Origin: Felis catus
Lineage: Eukaryota
Direction of reading: 5' to 3'
Assembly: GCF_018350175.1 (NCBI RefSeq)
Contig: NC_058383.1
Span: forward strand, 12,340,001 to 12,404,000
DNA: 64,000 bases
Position 1 is the stretch's first letter; every line of letters starts with the position of its first letter. A model generated the notes under the pieces. That model was not told where the DNA came from. It saw nothing but the letters and a program-made list of their open reading frames with translations, and made no database searches. Shown here in pieces: positions 39,463-51,605 of this stretch. A program made the position numbers and the translations under genes.

Positions 39463-41147
39463 CTGTAGATTCGGAAAAAAGAAAGAAAGAAATCTAGGGG
39501 AAGTAGAAAGCCAGCAAAGTTCGAGTTCTGTTGTCCCTCGGGATTCATTCTGGAAGCAAGAAAAGGTGAGCCTGGGCTTACATCACCCTTGAAATGCACG
39601 TCTCAAGCAACATGGTTTAATTGGCTCTGTCAGGTTCGTCCACTCGGGCATCTGTGGACAGCAACCTACAAAAAGCATAATTTTCAAAAAGATAAAACTC
39701 TGACTCTTGTGTAAATATAAAATGAACATATGTCAAAGGTTTTACTCAATTCATTAATTAATGAAGAAAGCAGTCGTACATTAAGACTTGCTCAAAGAAC
39801 GTTGGTAGCGCTCGATATTTAAAGACACCTTTACCAAAGAAATGTGAGGAGATGATTTCCGGGTTAGATACAAAACCATTTAAAGTTCAACAAGGTAATA
39901 AGCTGTAACACTGGGGGTTATCTGTTCAATCAGAGAGAAATTACTCGTATCTCTGCGGGGACAAAAAGCTACAAGTTAACGGGTCCGAACCTTTAACCGA
40001 CAGTAAGCAGAAGGTTCAACAAAATACATTTCCCGGGCCATACAAGATCTTCAAAGGAACACGGCACCCGGAACATGGCCTTATTTCCAGGTCCTGAATA
40101 ATTTTTCTTAACACTAAATAAAAACGGCACTATCTGGGAAAGAAAAGCTCCTGCCATTGTGTCCTCGGAGAACAAAAATAGTAAAATCGATTGCTCTGGA
40201 TTGATGAAAAGACATCCACTTCCCTTCACCCAAGACCGCAAAGCTACTGCAGATCAGGACCAAGGCTAGAACCCAAGATTTTCAGCTCCCCTGGGGCTCC
40301 ATGCACTGTATTCTAAAGGTCAGTTGGTTCTTTAAGAGCATTTCAAGACAGATCAATAAAATGAGGGAAAGAAATTTGCAATGTTAACTCCCAGGCACCC
40401 ATTAGAGGAAGCTGATTGGGAGGAAGAAGATGAAAGAGAGGGTCGTTCTTGCTGAAGGGGAGGAAAGACAAAGTTGGAAGTCCGCAACAGTAAAACGCTC
40501 CCTCTCTGTCTCTGTCTCTGTTTCTGTCTCCGTCTCTCTCTTCTGTGAATGAATGCCTCGTGCCAAAGAAACTATAGACCCCAGACTGAAGGAGTCCCAT
40601 CTGGCTAAATGGCTGGCCTGTCCAATGACTCAAGAAAGCCACCAGTAAGGGACAGATTTGGGTCAGAAAACGAGACTCCTGTATTTGGCTCTCAAGCCCT
40701 CTCCGCCCCCACCCTCCAGCCTGCGGCATGGCCAGAAGGGAGGCTTTGCTGCTCTGCTATGTTTCCTACGGCCCCTCAAACCACCCTTAAAGTGTCTTTT
40801 TTAACGTGTATTTATTTTTGAGAGAGGGAGAGCGTGCACACGTGCATCAGTTGGGGAGGGGCAGAGAGCGAAGGAGACACAGAATCCGAAGCAGGTTATA
40901 GGCTCTGAGCTGGCAGCACAGAGCCCGATGTGGGGCCCGAACCCGTGAGCGGTGAGATCATGACCTGAGACGAAGTCAGACCCTTCACGGCCTGAGCCAC
41001 GCAGGTGGCGGGGAGGTGGGCGGTGCGGGGGGGTTGGTGGGAAGAAAACGCCATGGTTTTGTTAGTTTTCCCCAAAGCAGGGCCGAGCAGAGACTCAGAG
41101 GCGTGTGTTTCACGTTTTATAAGGCCGCGGAGAAACTTCTTTCTCAC

Positions 41148-41198
41148 CTATCAGAACATTTTAGAGAACGTAAAATATTTTTAAAGAAGACGAAATCT
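41148..41198 (-). pseudogene. Pseudoexon (51 nt)
   Basis: Poly-T tract ...ggacag|AGA ... TAG|gtgaga; DFVFFKNILRSLKCSD, phase 2-2, open. Confidence 0.5.
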
Positions 41199-42365
41199 CT
41201 GTCCATATTATGCAAAAAAAAAAAAAAAAGGAATATGGACTATGATAAAGAAAGCAATTAATCCACACTTAAAACTAATTGCCTCACCCAGTGGGTCTTT
41301 AAATTATTCATCAGTGCTATTTAAAAATAATTGCAGTTTATGAGGAAAAGCCGTTATGGATTTCTTTTTAAAACCAAAAAGAAAGGCGTTCCTTTTTTCC
41401 TTTTTTTTTTTTTTTTATTTACGAACTCCTCCCAGGTCTTGAAACCAACCCATTTGTAAAACCAGTTTAATTTTCTCGTTACCCCCTCCACCCCCACCCC
41501 CCCCGCCGTGGAATCAACTTTAACCATTTATCATACCAACACTTTATGAGGTCCCCCGAAATCGATTCCAAACTCCTAGAGAGGACCACGGCAGCGTTCT
41601 AAAAGAATCCGGGGGGCGCCTGGGTGACTCGGTCTGTTAAGTGATGGACCCTTGGTTTCAGCTCAGGTCATGATCTCCCAGTTGGTGGGTGGGATCGAGC
41701 CCCACGCCAGGCTCTGTGCTGACAGCACGGAGCCTGCTTGGGATTCTCTCTCTCCCTCTCTCTCTGCTGCATCCCCTACTAGCACTCTCTCTGTCTCTCT
41801 CTCTCTCTCCAAAAAAAAAAAAAATACTAAAAGCGTATCATAAAGGAAAAAAAAAAAAGATTTACAGAGAACAAGGCAGGAACCCCCTGCTATGTTGTGT
41901 TTCTGCACACGAAGTTCATGTCGGACCCTTCACCTTCATGCACATGGCTTGGGTTTCCCACCATATTTGGCCCACTGGCCAGGACCCTGAGCGTTGTCTC
42001 TTTTCTCTTCTCCGGTTCCTCCAGGGAGCTGTGAAACGGTAGAACTTGAAAGGATTTTGTCCAGGGCAGTGGTTTCTAAACGGTGCTCACTGGCACCCCC
42101 CAGGAGTGACCCAGAGCTCCCCAGGTGGGAAGGGGCTGCTGAACTGACAGGGCTAAATCCTGCTCAAAACCAAACTTAAAAGTGCCCCTCGTGGTGTATA
42201 TCAGAACACAAAGCCTGGACAGGGGAAGCGACCCGGGAGTAGACCCGGCCTCCAGACTCTGGATCTAATCCAGGGACCACAACAGGAGCATGAGCCTCGG
42301 GGCCAGAATGATCTGGATCTGAATCTGACCTCGTCCACTCTCTACTCATTTGTCTTCGATATTAC

Positions 42366-42402
42366 CTTTTTTTGCAACATATGGAAGAAGTCTTTTTTTT
42401 TT
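42366..42402 (-). pseudogene. Pseudoexon (37 nt)
   Basis: tttttacttcctcttttaacag|A10... AAG|gtaata; open in all three frames, so the true frame is ambiguous. Confidence 0.6.
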
Positions 42403-44925
42403 CTGTTAAAAGAGGAAGTAAAAACACCAGCCTTGCTAATGAGCTAAGCCATCGCACCAGAAAATACCTCGTATCTATAATACGCACACACATAGCAAGG
42501 GCGCAAGTGTGAACAGCATCTTTATCATCAGGGATGCTCAGTGAGTGTTTCATTGAGACTGTGCCTGTGACAGTCACCACTGTGCCCAAGGAAAGCGTGC
42601 TCCCCAAGCTAGACAGTTCGGACCGCTCAGTTGAGGAAAAGCTCACTCCGATCCCTAATGCAACCACTGTCTACAACCTTTCCCAGTATGTGTAGACCAG
42701 TGCTTGAGTTCGTGTGTGCGTGCACACATACACATTCATGCACACCCCGGCTGTTATTGTGACCGCACACAGACCCATAGAAGATGTTGGGGGCTCTGTG
42801 ATATCAGTGATCCCCTCCCCCCCCACCACGCACACACTCTAACAGCCTAGATCCATGAGTACCCAAACATCTGGAGCCCTCTACTCACAAGGACACCCCT
42901 TCCTTCTTGACCTCATTAAAGCCAAGCAAACAAACTGGGGGCAGGGAGGCCAAGTAAGCAGAACACAGCCTTCTGACAGTCACGATAAACATCAGTTTGT
43001 AATAGTTTAGCAAATCCACAGATTATTTGGGGGCCTGGAGAAAAGGTGGGATCCGGGTCGTTAAATTAACGACTAGCGCAACAGGTCCCTTGTTGACAGC
43101 CGAGACTCATGCTCCTTCCCTAGAGCGACAACGCCGTGATTTTCGTGGTCTTTCTTTCTCCCGTTCACGGTTGATTGGTTGTAATGGGACTGACCCTACC
43201 CCCGGCTCCACAACCGGGCCCTTATTAGCTGAAGCCCGTAGTTGGCTTCCATTGTTTTGGCCACAGCGCTTGGTTCTTGGATAGACCAGAATTCCGGCAG
43301 GGCCCAGAAGGAAAAAAAGAGATGTTAGCTGGACCTACTTGGAGAAACCATCTGTCTTCAACTGGTTCTGATTCTTCCTTTGTTTAAATCTTTTATATTT
43401 TGGGAGTGCCCAGCTGGCTTAGTCAGTAGCGCATACAATTCTTGGACTTGGGGTCGTGAGTTCGAGCCCCATGTCGGGGGGTAGAGACCACTTAAAGTTT
43501 AAAACTTTTTTTTTTTAAATCTTTGGTACTTTGCTCATCGTGGGTTTTTGCACTAATTTTTACTTGTTCACATATAGCGGGAAACTATTCCGTGTATTGA
43601 ATACTGAGTGTTTTGGGTGTTCATTTAAATTTTGCATCTGAGGCAAGTGGCTCAGGCTAGTCCTGGCCCCATGGGGATGTGGCACTCACAGCCGCCACAG
43701 TCATTGTTTATACTTGAAAGGGGACTTGTGAGCTGAGGTGGGGCCTTTAGGAGCTTTAGGAGGAAGCCACCATTATAGAACGCCAAGAGAAACCAACTCC
43801 CAGTTATTCAAGCTTCTGGATCAAGCTTTGCCTACAGATGGCCCTACTGCTTGAAAATTGCCAAGAACCAGTAAATTCTCTTCACACTACAAGCCAACTT
43901 GAGTTGTTTTCTGTGGCTTATCACCAAAAGAATGCAAATTGACGTAACGGCTAATTACAAGGCGTTAGCCTCTGGAATGTCTTATAGAAAGTGTTTCTAA
44001 ATATCTGAGCAACACTGCCTCCTTGAAACAGGTGGTCCACCAACCCGAGCCAAAGTGTCCTGGCTGGCTGAGGCCAACTTCTGAATAGCAGCTTTCACCG
44101 TAGAGTAAAATTTTAGTCCATAACTTCTCAGGCCCCTTTTACAGGGCAGGTGCTGTGCTAAATACTCCTATGCGTTATTTGTTAAATTCTTGTTCCCCCC
44201 AAAGTGGTATCGGGTCCAACCATCGCTACCCATATTTTAGAGGAAAGGAAGCCAAAGCTGAAAGAAGAAAGGCAGCAGGTACAAGGTCATGTGAGAAACG
44301 GCAGAAGAGGCATTCCCAGCCAAATCTGTGAGTACCAAAGCCTGGGTCCCAACAACTACCTGATATGGCCTCAAGATTTTAGCTATAGATGGAAAGAAAT
44401 ACCCGCTACGTAATAGATGCTCAAAATATAATTGAGGAATGAGTGAATGAATGAGCTAATCAATAAGTCGAAAGATGAAAGGTTAGCCATGTTTTTTTTA
44501 ATGTTTAGTTTTGAGAGAGAGAGAGACAGAGAGAGAGAGAGCGCGCGCACGCGCATGAGTGGGGGAGGGGCAGAGAGAGAAAAGAAGTTCTGTGGCAAAT
44601 CTGGTCTCCTTACTTCAAGGGTTTGGGAGGGTCAAGGATTTTAAAATGTTTTATCAACTGGGGGCATCCGGGTGGTTCAGTCAGCTGAGCATCCAACTCT
44701 TATTTTCAGCTCTGGTCATGATCCCAGGGTCGTGGGATCGAGCTCCACATTGGGCTTCATGCTAATCATGGAGCCTGCTTGAGATTCCCTCTCTCTCTCT
44801 CTCTCTCTCTGCCCCTCTCCCCCAACCCCCTCCCTCTCTAATGTTTTGTAAACTGTAAGGCACATAAACAACTAACAGATTATTAGCATGAGTTTTTTGT
44901 TTGCTTTCTTCAAACAAAAACTTAC

Positions 44926-44971
44926 CGTCCCCAAGCCTAAACCGAATGCTAAATGTCTCTCACTCTAGGAC
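44926..44971 (-). pseudogene. Pseudoexon (46 nt)
   Basis: attgcttcag|GTC ... ACG|gtaagt; VLE*ETFSIRFRLGD. Confidence 0.65.
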
Positions 44972-45091
44972 CTGAAGCAATCATTGGATGAGTATGTTTG
45001 TAAGACACAATCAATACAATCTTAGGCAATAAATTTATCTGACAAAGGTAAATATCACAGTGGAGAGTTCTGGGTTTTTAGCACTCTTCAC

Positions 45092-45370
45092 CAAAGCGAT
45101 AGATAAACAGACTCCTCCCAAAGTAAAGATGGAAATATAATTATTCAGTCTCTCCATGTTAGATTTGCCCAGAAATTGAAATATTGTTAGCAAACACGGA
45201 TTTAAATTTTGTGCTCCAATGAATTGGTAGATCTCTTAGTTTATTGTTTTGATTTCATGGCGTTCTACCACCGGGAAATTATGCAAACTCTTAACCATAC
45301 ACGAAAAGAATACTAATAATTATGGAACTTGCTGCTTAGTTTGAAGATAATTTCATGAATCTCTTTCGAT
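45092..45370 (-). pseudogene. Pseudoexon (279 nt, 93 codons)
   Basis: ccaacag|ATC ... TTG|gtgaag; phase 0-0, 3 stops; ...EIYQFIGAQNLNPCLLTIFQFLGKSNMERLNNYISIFTLGGVCLSIAL. Confidence 0.55.
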
Positions 45371-45851
45371 CTGTTGGCACGAGGACCTGGGTGCATTTTT
45401 GCTGCCGCTGTTGTTAAGACCCGTGGCCGGAGGCGTGTGCTAAGTGTGCATGAGATTGTGCCACGCTGAGCCAGCCGTTCAATTCAGCAAATAAAAAATC
45501 AGTGCAGGGGCTTTTCTGTGAGGGGCTGGTTGTTTAGCAGACTTCAGTCACCCTGGAGTCCCAAGCAGGGAGCCCACAGGAGATTGTCAACCTCACGTGC
45601 CCATCAGAAGCCCTTGGAAAGCGTCATAAATGGAAACCCAGCGTCCCACCCCAGACCCGTCAGATGAGCGGCAGAGCCCAGGGCATCTTTAAATATTTCC
45701 TGCACGTGGTTTCGTCTACACTGCCAGCTGGAGAACCCTTCTGTGTCCGTGACCCACGGAGGCCAGAAGGGACAAAAATAATTCAGTCCTCTGTTTCCTC
45801 GGCGTGACACCTAAGATAACTACTTCCCTTTTGTTGTGTGTATTTACTCAC

Positions 45852-45970
45852 TTCTTTTTTACTATTCTTCTTCTTTTTTTACAAAACCTATTGGATCTGC
45901 AGCTATAATGTCAAGGAGATACAACCCCACAGGCTTCACGTCCATCCGGAAAGTCTACATGGCTTAGACA
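45852..45970 (-). pseudogene. Pseudoexon (119 nt)
   Basis: caattctttcag|TGT ... GAA|gtgagt; V*AM*TFRMDVKPVGLYLLDIIAADPIGFVKKEEE with a probable slip in the terminal A-rich tract. Confidence 0.65.
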
Positions 45971-46747
45971 CTGAAAGAATTGAATTGATCCCGGAGTCTT
46001 ACAGGGTGTCTGTTTCAAATCTCCTATCTGCATCGTCCACCGTGGTTCTTGTTGGTAAGGCTCGAACTCTCCTCTCTCTCTCTCCGGGGGCCGCAAATCG
46101 TTCCGCTAAGCACCTCTTCCTACCTGATCATCCCAAACATAAAAAGGGAACGGAGCGGAGCAGAAGATATACCCCCTGGCAGACTACTGAATCCCGCTGA
46201 CTCAGTTTGCTTGTACGCGAAATGGGAGGTGATGCCATTAATATCGGGTATCATACCTATCTCCCGGGGGTGTGATAATTAAATGAGCTAAGTCACGTAA
46301 AATGTGTGCACCAGGTAAATGGGAGTGGCATAGTCACCCTTATGACTGGAACGATGTTTTCCGGACCACCGAGCCCTAAAGTTTTCCGCTAGACAGAGCC
46401 TCGTCTACCGTTTTCTTGCCGCAAGTGTGACTATAATCCCAGCTATGGTTTGCCCCCGGCTGTGTCAAATAAACAGATGATTTCATTTAGGATTGAGAAG
46501 GTCATACTCCCCCAGTACTTCTGTCTATTCAGACAACACCCGGGATATCACAATTATTTCTGGACACCCCACCTTAATAACGACATTGACAAACCCGAGG
46601 GGTGGGGGATCGCACCCGGGGAGGTGTTGGACACTAAGACCACATCCTGTGGGTGATCGTTTCTAGAAACTGGCATTCTCAGCTAGGAAAAGAAAAGCCA
46701 CAGGGCTATGACAGTTGTCCACAAACGTCTAAGTCACCACCCCGGAG

Positions 46748-49158
46748 GGGCGCCTGGGTGGCTCAGTCGGCTGAGCATCCGACTTCGGCTCGGGTCGGGA
46801 TCTCACGGCTTGTGAGTTCGAGCCCCGCGTCGGGCTCGCTGCTGTCTGTGCAGAGCCCGCTTCGGATCCTCTGTCCCCCTCTCTCCCTGCCTCTCCCCGA
46901 CTTGCTCTCTCGCACGCGCACACGTTCTCTCTTTTAAAAATAAATAAAAACATTTTTAAAAAATAAATTCAATAAATAAATAAATAACTACCTACTCCAG
47001 AGAGGCAGGAGAACTACGGAGGGGTCCTCGGGGCATCCAATTAGCGGGGGGCACCGAGCTGAGCCGGGAGGGGGGCCTCCCCAGCCCTGAGAATCTGAGG
47101 TGACAGGGCTCCAGGATTCTCCCTGAACTGAGGGCCCTGCTTCTGTTCCGGCTATAACAAGAAACGTGTGTTCACGTTTAGACAGTCATAGTCCAGCGTC
47201 GCCCTTTCTGAATACTCAGATGTTCCCGGGGTCCTCGCTGGGGGCAGAAAGCCTGCAAATTAAAAAGGAGCTTGTATAATTCACCTGAGAAAAACAACCC
47301 CAAAGACACAGATAGACGAGTAGCCAGGGCCAGTTGCCTCGGTGAATGATCTAAGGGGGTCCGGAGCTCTTACCCTGACTACCGCGATTTCTGGGAAAGC
47401 GGGGTGGATGTTCACACACAAAAACCTGGCTGTCAACAATCCTGTGGCCTGCAGAACTGAAAACTGGTCCAGAGCAGAGCAGGGACTTCCCACCATCGGC
47501 AGAGCAGACCATTGTTCAACCGGGACCTAAATCCCCTAAATTCAGAAAGCTACTTTTCCTTAAAGCTACTTTTTATTAAAGTTGACTTTCACGGGGCGCC
47601 TGGGTGGCTTGGTCGGTTAAGCGTCTGACTTCGACTCAAGTCATGATCTCACGGTTCGTGGGTTCGAGCCGCGCTTCGGGCTTTGTGCTGACAGCTCAGA
47701 GCCTGGAGCCTGCTTCGGATCCTGTGTCTCCTTCTCTCTCTGCCCCTCCCCCACTCATTCTCTGTCTCTCTCGCTCTCAAACATAAAGATTAAAAAAAGT
47801 TTAAATTGATTTTCATGGTACCGAGTTTGATGCAGTAGGTTGCGAATCCTGAATTTGCTTAAGGTTATCCCATGAAAAATAGTACAACTTTTGTTCTGTT
47901 TGATGATGATAAAACCACCGCACTCAAACACATCTTTTCCGCAAAACTCGGAGTCTAACGAATGTTTCTATTCACACTACACAAATAAAAGAGTTGGCCC
48001 GCAACATGAGATGCACGAACCCTTACAGATGAATTCTGTGTCTCGGTGACTATGGTTTCATTCCCCAAACATACGTATGGGTCTTACGGTCTGAATGCGT
48101 CCCCTAGAATCCATACGTTGCAACCTAACCCCCAAGTCGGCGGTATTTGGACGCGGGGCCTCTGGGTGGTACTTAGGTCGTGAGGGTGGATTAGTGCCCT
48201 CGGAAAATGGCCCCAGAGAGCCTCCTCCCCTTCTGCCAGGTGAGGATATGCAAGAAGTCTGAAGCCAGGAGGAGAGCCCTCACTTGACCCTGATCTTGGA
48301 CTTCCAGCCTTCAGGACTGCGAGAAAGATTTCTGTGGCTTATCAGCTGCCCAGACCCGGGTACTTTGTTATAGGAGCCCCGACAGACGAGGTCAGTGGCA
48401 AAGCCACTTAAGGAGGGAGACGGTGGGGCACGGGGGCTTGGCACCCCTTGCCCTACGTCGTGCAACAGAACTTGTAGAGTAAACCTGCTCCTCCTCCTGG
48501 TGTGTTACAGAGGGAAACAGACAAGGGCCCCGAGGAGGGGCTAACTCAGTACATGAGGGGGAGAGGTCGTGAGAAGAACCAAGGCCAGGAGCGCCCAAAT
48601 TAATGTATAAACCGAGGAAGACGACTTTGGAGAGTATCCACGATGTTCCAGACGCTCTGAAAGGGCGCTCGCATCCCAGGCAGAGCCCTGGCATTTGCGA
48701 ATTGAACTTGAGTTCCCAAATCTGTTTCCAAATCCTGTGGGTCGCCTGGGAGGCCCGAATCTCGGTCACAAATCAGATCTCCACGAGGCGAGATAGCACC
48801 CCCCACCCCACGGCGCAACTCCAAGGGCCGTGATGGACAACACGGAAGATGTCTTCTGAGCTGTCCAACATGGTAACCCTGTGGTGTGGTTGGGGTATCC
48901 ACAGAAATCTAAGCGAGCCCACTGCCTAGCATCCGTATCTTTTTTAAAAAAATTTTCAAGGTTTATTTATTTTTTTGAGAGATAGAGCATGTGCATGAGC
49001 AGAGGAGGGGCAGAGAGAGAGGAGGAGAGGACCCCCAGCAGGCTCTACCCTGTCAGCATGGAGCCCGACGCAGCAGTCAAACTCAAGAACCATGAGATCA
49101 TGAGCTGAGCCGAAACTAAGAGTCGGACATTTAACTGACTGAGCCACCCAGGGGCCCC
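46748..49158. mobile_element. CAN-SINEs 46748-46990 +, 47593-47800 +, 48945-49158 -, and an MLT1A/MST-like LTR at about 48085-48388 +
   Basis: SINE consensus; LTR text ggtctgaatgcgtcccc...acctaaccccca...atcttggacttccagcct. Confidence 0.8.
47822..47976 (-). pseudogene. Pseudoexon (155 nt)
   Basis: ctcttttatttgtgtag|TGT ... TCG|gtacca; CE*KHSLDSEFCGKDVFECGGFIIIKQNKSCTIFHGITLSKFRIRNLLHQT, phase 0 to 2, matching the next exon. Confidence 0.55.
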
Positions 49159-49238
49159 GCATCTGTATCCAGATGTGGTCTCGTGGCTCTCTCTATCCGA
49201 CGTCAAATATGCCATAGCATTTGCCATGTGTAAAATAC

Positions 49239-49387
49239 TTTGCGTCCTCATGGGGAGAGCAGAAGACGCTACATAGAAGCCCCGGGCAAATATGAAAGAC
49301 AGAAATAGGGAGAAAGGGAAAAGTCGTGTTGGATAAATTCAAGGGTAAAATATCGAGTATGGAAGTTGCTTGGAGGCACCAGATAGT
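49239..49387 (-). pseudogene. Candidate pseudoexon
   Basis: tttctgtcgattccttgtag|ACT acceptor; YLVPPSNFHTRYFTLEFIQHDF...; weak donor AAA|gtattt. Confidence 0.35.
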
Positions 49388-50350
49388 CTACAAGGAATCG
49401 ACAGAAAGTGATTTCTGAAACTGCGGTGAGCGTTCCAGCAAGAATTTATTTTAATTGCTTTATAAATTGCTTTAATCCTATATTTAGGGAATCATTAGGG
49501 GCCTAAAAGGGTCACTTAAAATTTTCACTTATGCTTAACTAAATTTTATGGAGAAAATTACATGTTTTAATAGTATTCATAGAATTGGGGACCTGGAAAG
49601 GTCCCGAGATGTGTCCTTCTAAAATAGCAAAGGTCTGTGACTCAATATCACTTAATTCCCACAATAGCCATGTAAGATAAGGATAATTATTCTCTTTTTA
49701 CAGACGAGGCAAGTGACCCTCGGAGAATTTGAATTATTTGCCAAGCAAGCGATTCAAAGGAAGGATCCTGCCTCATCCATCTTTCCATCTCAAGGGCCCG
49801 GCGCGTGGCAGGCACTCGGCATCTGATTTCACGGGTTCCCCAAGTGTGCTTCCCCAGACCGGCAGCAGCGGCTTCACCCGGGAACTTGCGAGAAATGCAA
49901 GCTCCCAGGCCCTGCACCAGCTCTCCTGATTCAGACGCGCTGGGGACGGGGCCCGGCAGCCCGTGCTCTAAGGAGCCCTTCAGGAGATTCTGAGGCACAC
50001 CACACTACGGGAGAAGCCTTCAGAATGGCCAGAGGAGCTGCGTGCAGCTGAGAAGGGCTGGAACCTAGGGTCCTGGGAGCCCTGAGGCCAAAGTCAAAAA
50101 AAAAAGGAAGAGCCGTCATCCTGCGCCAACCCAGAGCTGATCTCTCTCCCTTGTTTGCACAACAATACAACGAAAGCCCAAATGATGTTTCCACATTTGG
50201 GAGCACTTAGAAGCTTTTCATCAGCGCGACAATGAAGGGGAGCACTATTTTCCCCGGTTCTGTTTGTGCAGCTGAGAGGAAACAATGCAAATCCAGAAAT
50301 TACTAAGACGTTCTTGACACAGGACGAGCACCCAAGTTTCAGTTAGTTAT

Positions 50351-50626
50351 CTAGAAGCACAGCCTGTCTGAGATGAAAAAGGCCTAAGAAAGCATCCGGT
50401 CGGTGCGAGCCGATTTGCCCTGCTTCCCCGGATACTGTTTCTTTTCAAGAGCTGCGTCTGGATTTTCATAGATAGCAGCGAGGAAATACACAGCCTGCAC
50501 ATCAGGCCCATCCTCTCGTGGCTGTGATTGCTTGGGGGGAAAGCCAAGTCGTTACGAAGTGAAATACAAAAATGGGACGATTGCAACAACAGTCGGGCCA
50601 TCAGCCATCGCGGAGGGGTCGTGCAG
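50351..50626 (-). pseudogene. Candidate pseudoexon
   Basis: ggccgtag|CTG; LHDPSAMADGPTVVAIVPFLYFTS*RLGFPPKQSQPREDGPDVQAVYFLAAIYENPDAALEKKQ; donor degenerate or uncertain. Confidence 0.45.
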
Positions 50627-51509
50627 CTACGGCCAAAGTCGCCCAGGTATACACGATGTTTGGTGATTAGCTAACGATCCCCACGAGGGTCCTGGCAGGA
50701 AAGAGCCTTTCTCCCCACCCCAGACGGGTGAATGCAGAGACTCCAGTGGAAGGAGTTTTTAGGGAACTGTGGGCAGGGTGGAAGGGGGAAAGCCGTGGTG
50801 AGACAACGGGGCGGTGGGGGGATGGGGCGCTGCAGGGAGATCCACCGGGCTGGTCAGAAAGGCCACCAGAGATCTTTGTACATCTCAGAAGAGTCACGTA
50901 AGCACCTCACTGTCTCCGTCTGGAAAGTGGGAAGATCATTGCTACTTGGCAGGTTTATTGGGAAGACTGTGGATTACCCGGAACGGTGCTGCTGCTCAGA
51001 AGATACTCGGTACTCGATGCTAAGGGAAAGAAGCCAGACGCGAAAGATCACACACGGTATGATTCCACGTGTGTGAAATGTCCAGAACAAATAGCCATGG
51101 AAAATGAACCATCGATATGGGTTGAATTGTGCCCCTCCCCGTTCAGATGAAGCCAACCCATCTTAACGGTTAACTTTGCGTGGTTATAATGAATAAGGGT
51201 TGTGTGAATTTTATCTCAAAAAAATAGGGGGAAAGTGACAGCTAATTATTATGATCATTACTGTGACCCTCTGGTCGTCTCAGGTGACATATTTCAGGCT
51301 CAGGTGTAGCACGTAAGAACACCTGTCAAAAGTTAATTTTTTCAAGGGCTCTGATTTAGCCTCTTCTGAGCACAATTCCTTTTGCTTGTTGTGGATAATG
51401 TCCACTCAGTCCCAGTGCCTTCAAAAGTACCTGGAGGTCCAGAGTATGAAGGCTTCATGGGGACATTAAGAAGGTAATTAAAATGCTTGTTGAATATACT
51501 GACTCTTAC

Positions 51510-51605
51510 CCCCGGGGGGCGAGAAATGTAAACAGTGTAGCATGCTCTAGCAAGGATAAGCAATAACACAGTGACCCAGGCAGTGAACTTAATGTCTGTT
51601 ACCTC
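51510..51605 (-). pseudogene. Candidate pseudoexon (96 nt; alternative stronger acceptor gives a 37-nt exon starting at 51546)
   Basis: Donor GGG|gtaaga; long form is open: EVTDIKFTAWVTVLLLILARACYTVYISRPPG. Confidence 0.45.

Larger units (their letters stand above)
38204..41850. mobile_element. CAN-SINEs: 38204-38415 +, 38841-39068 +, 40795-41005 -, 41612-41850 +
   Basis: SINE consensus; the 38841 copy has TSD gtaacaatcta. Confidence 0.88.

Noticed and set aside
38120..42402. Resemblance of one frame (LLPYVA...EF...GRPFSVGHLGHIF) to my recollection of DNAAF9/C20orf194
   Set aside because: Intervening residues are dissimilar, it requires skipping the 41198 exon, and a true orthologue would be far more conserved. 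Treated as chance unless a search says otherwise.
51429..51450. 22-nt mini-exon (aag|CCTTCATACTCTGGACCTCCAG|gtactt)
   Set aside because: It would need an intron of about 60 nt from the 51510 donor, which is implausibly short.
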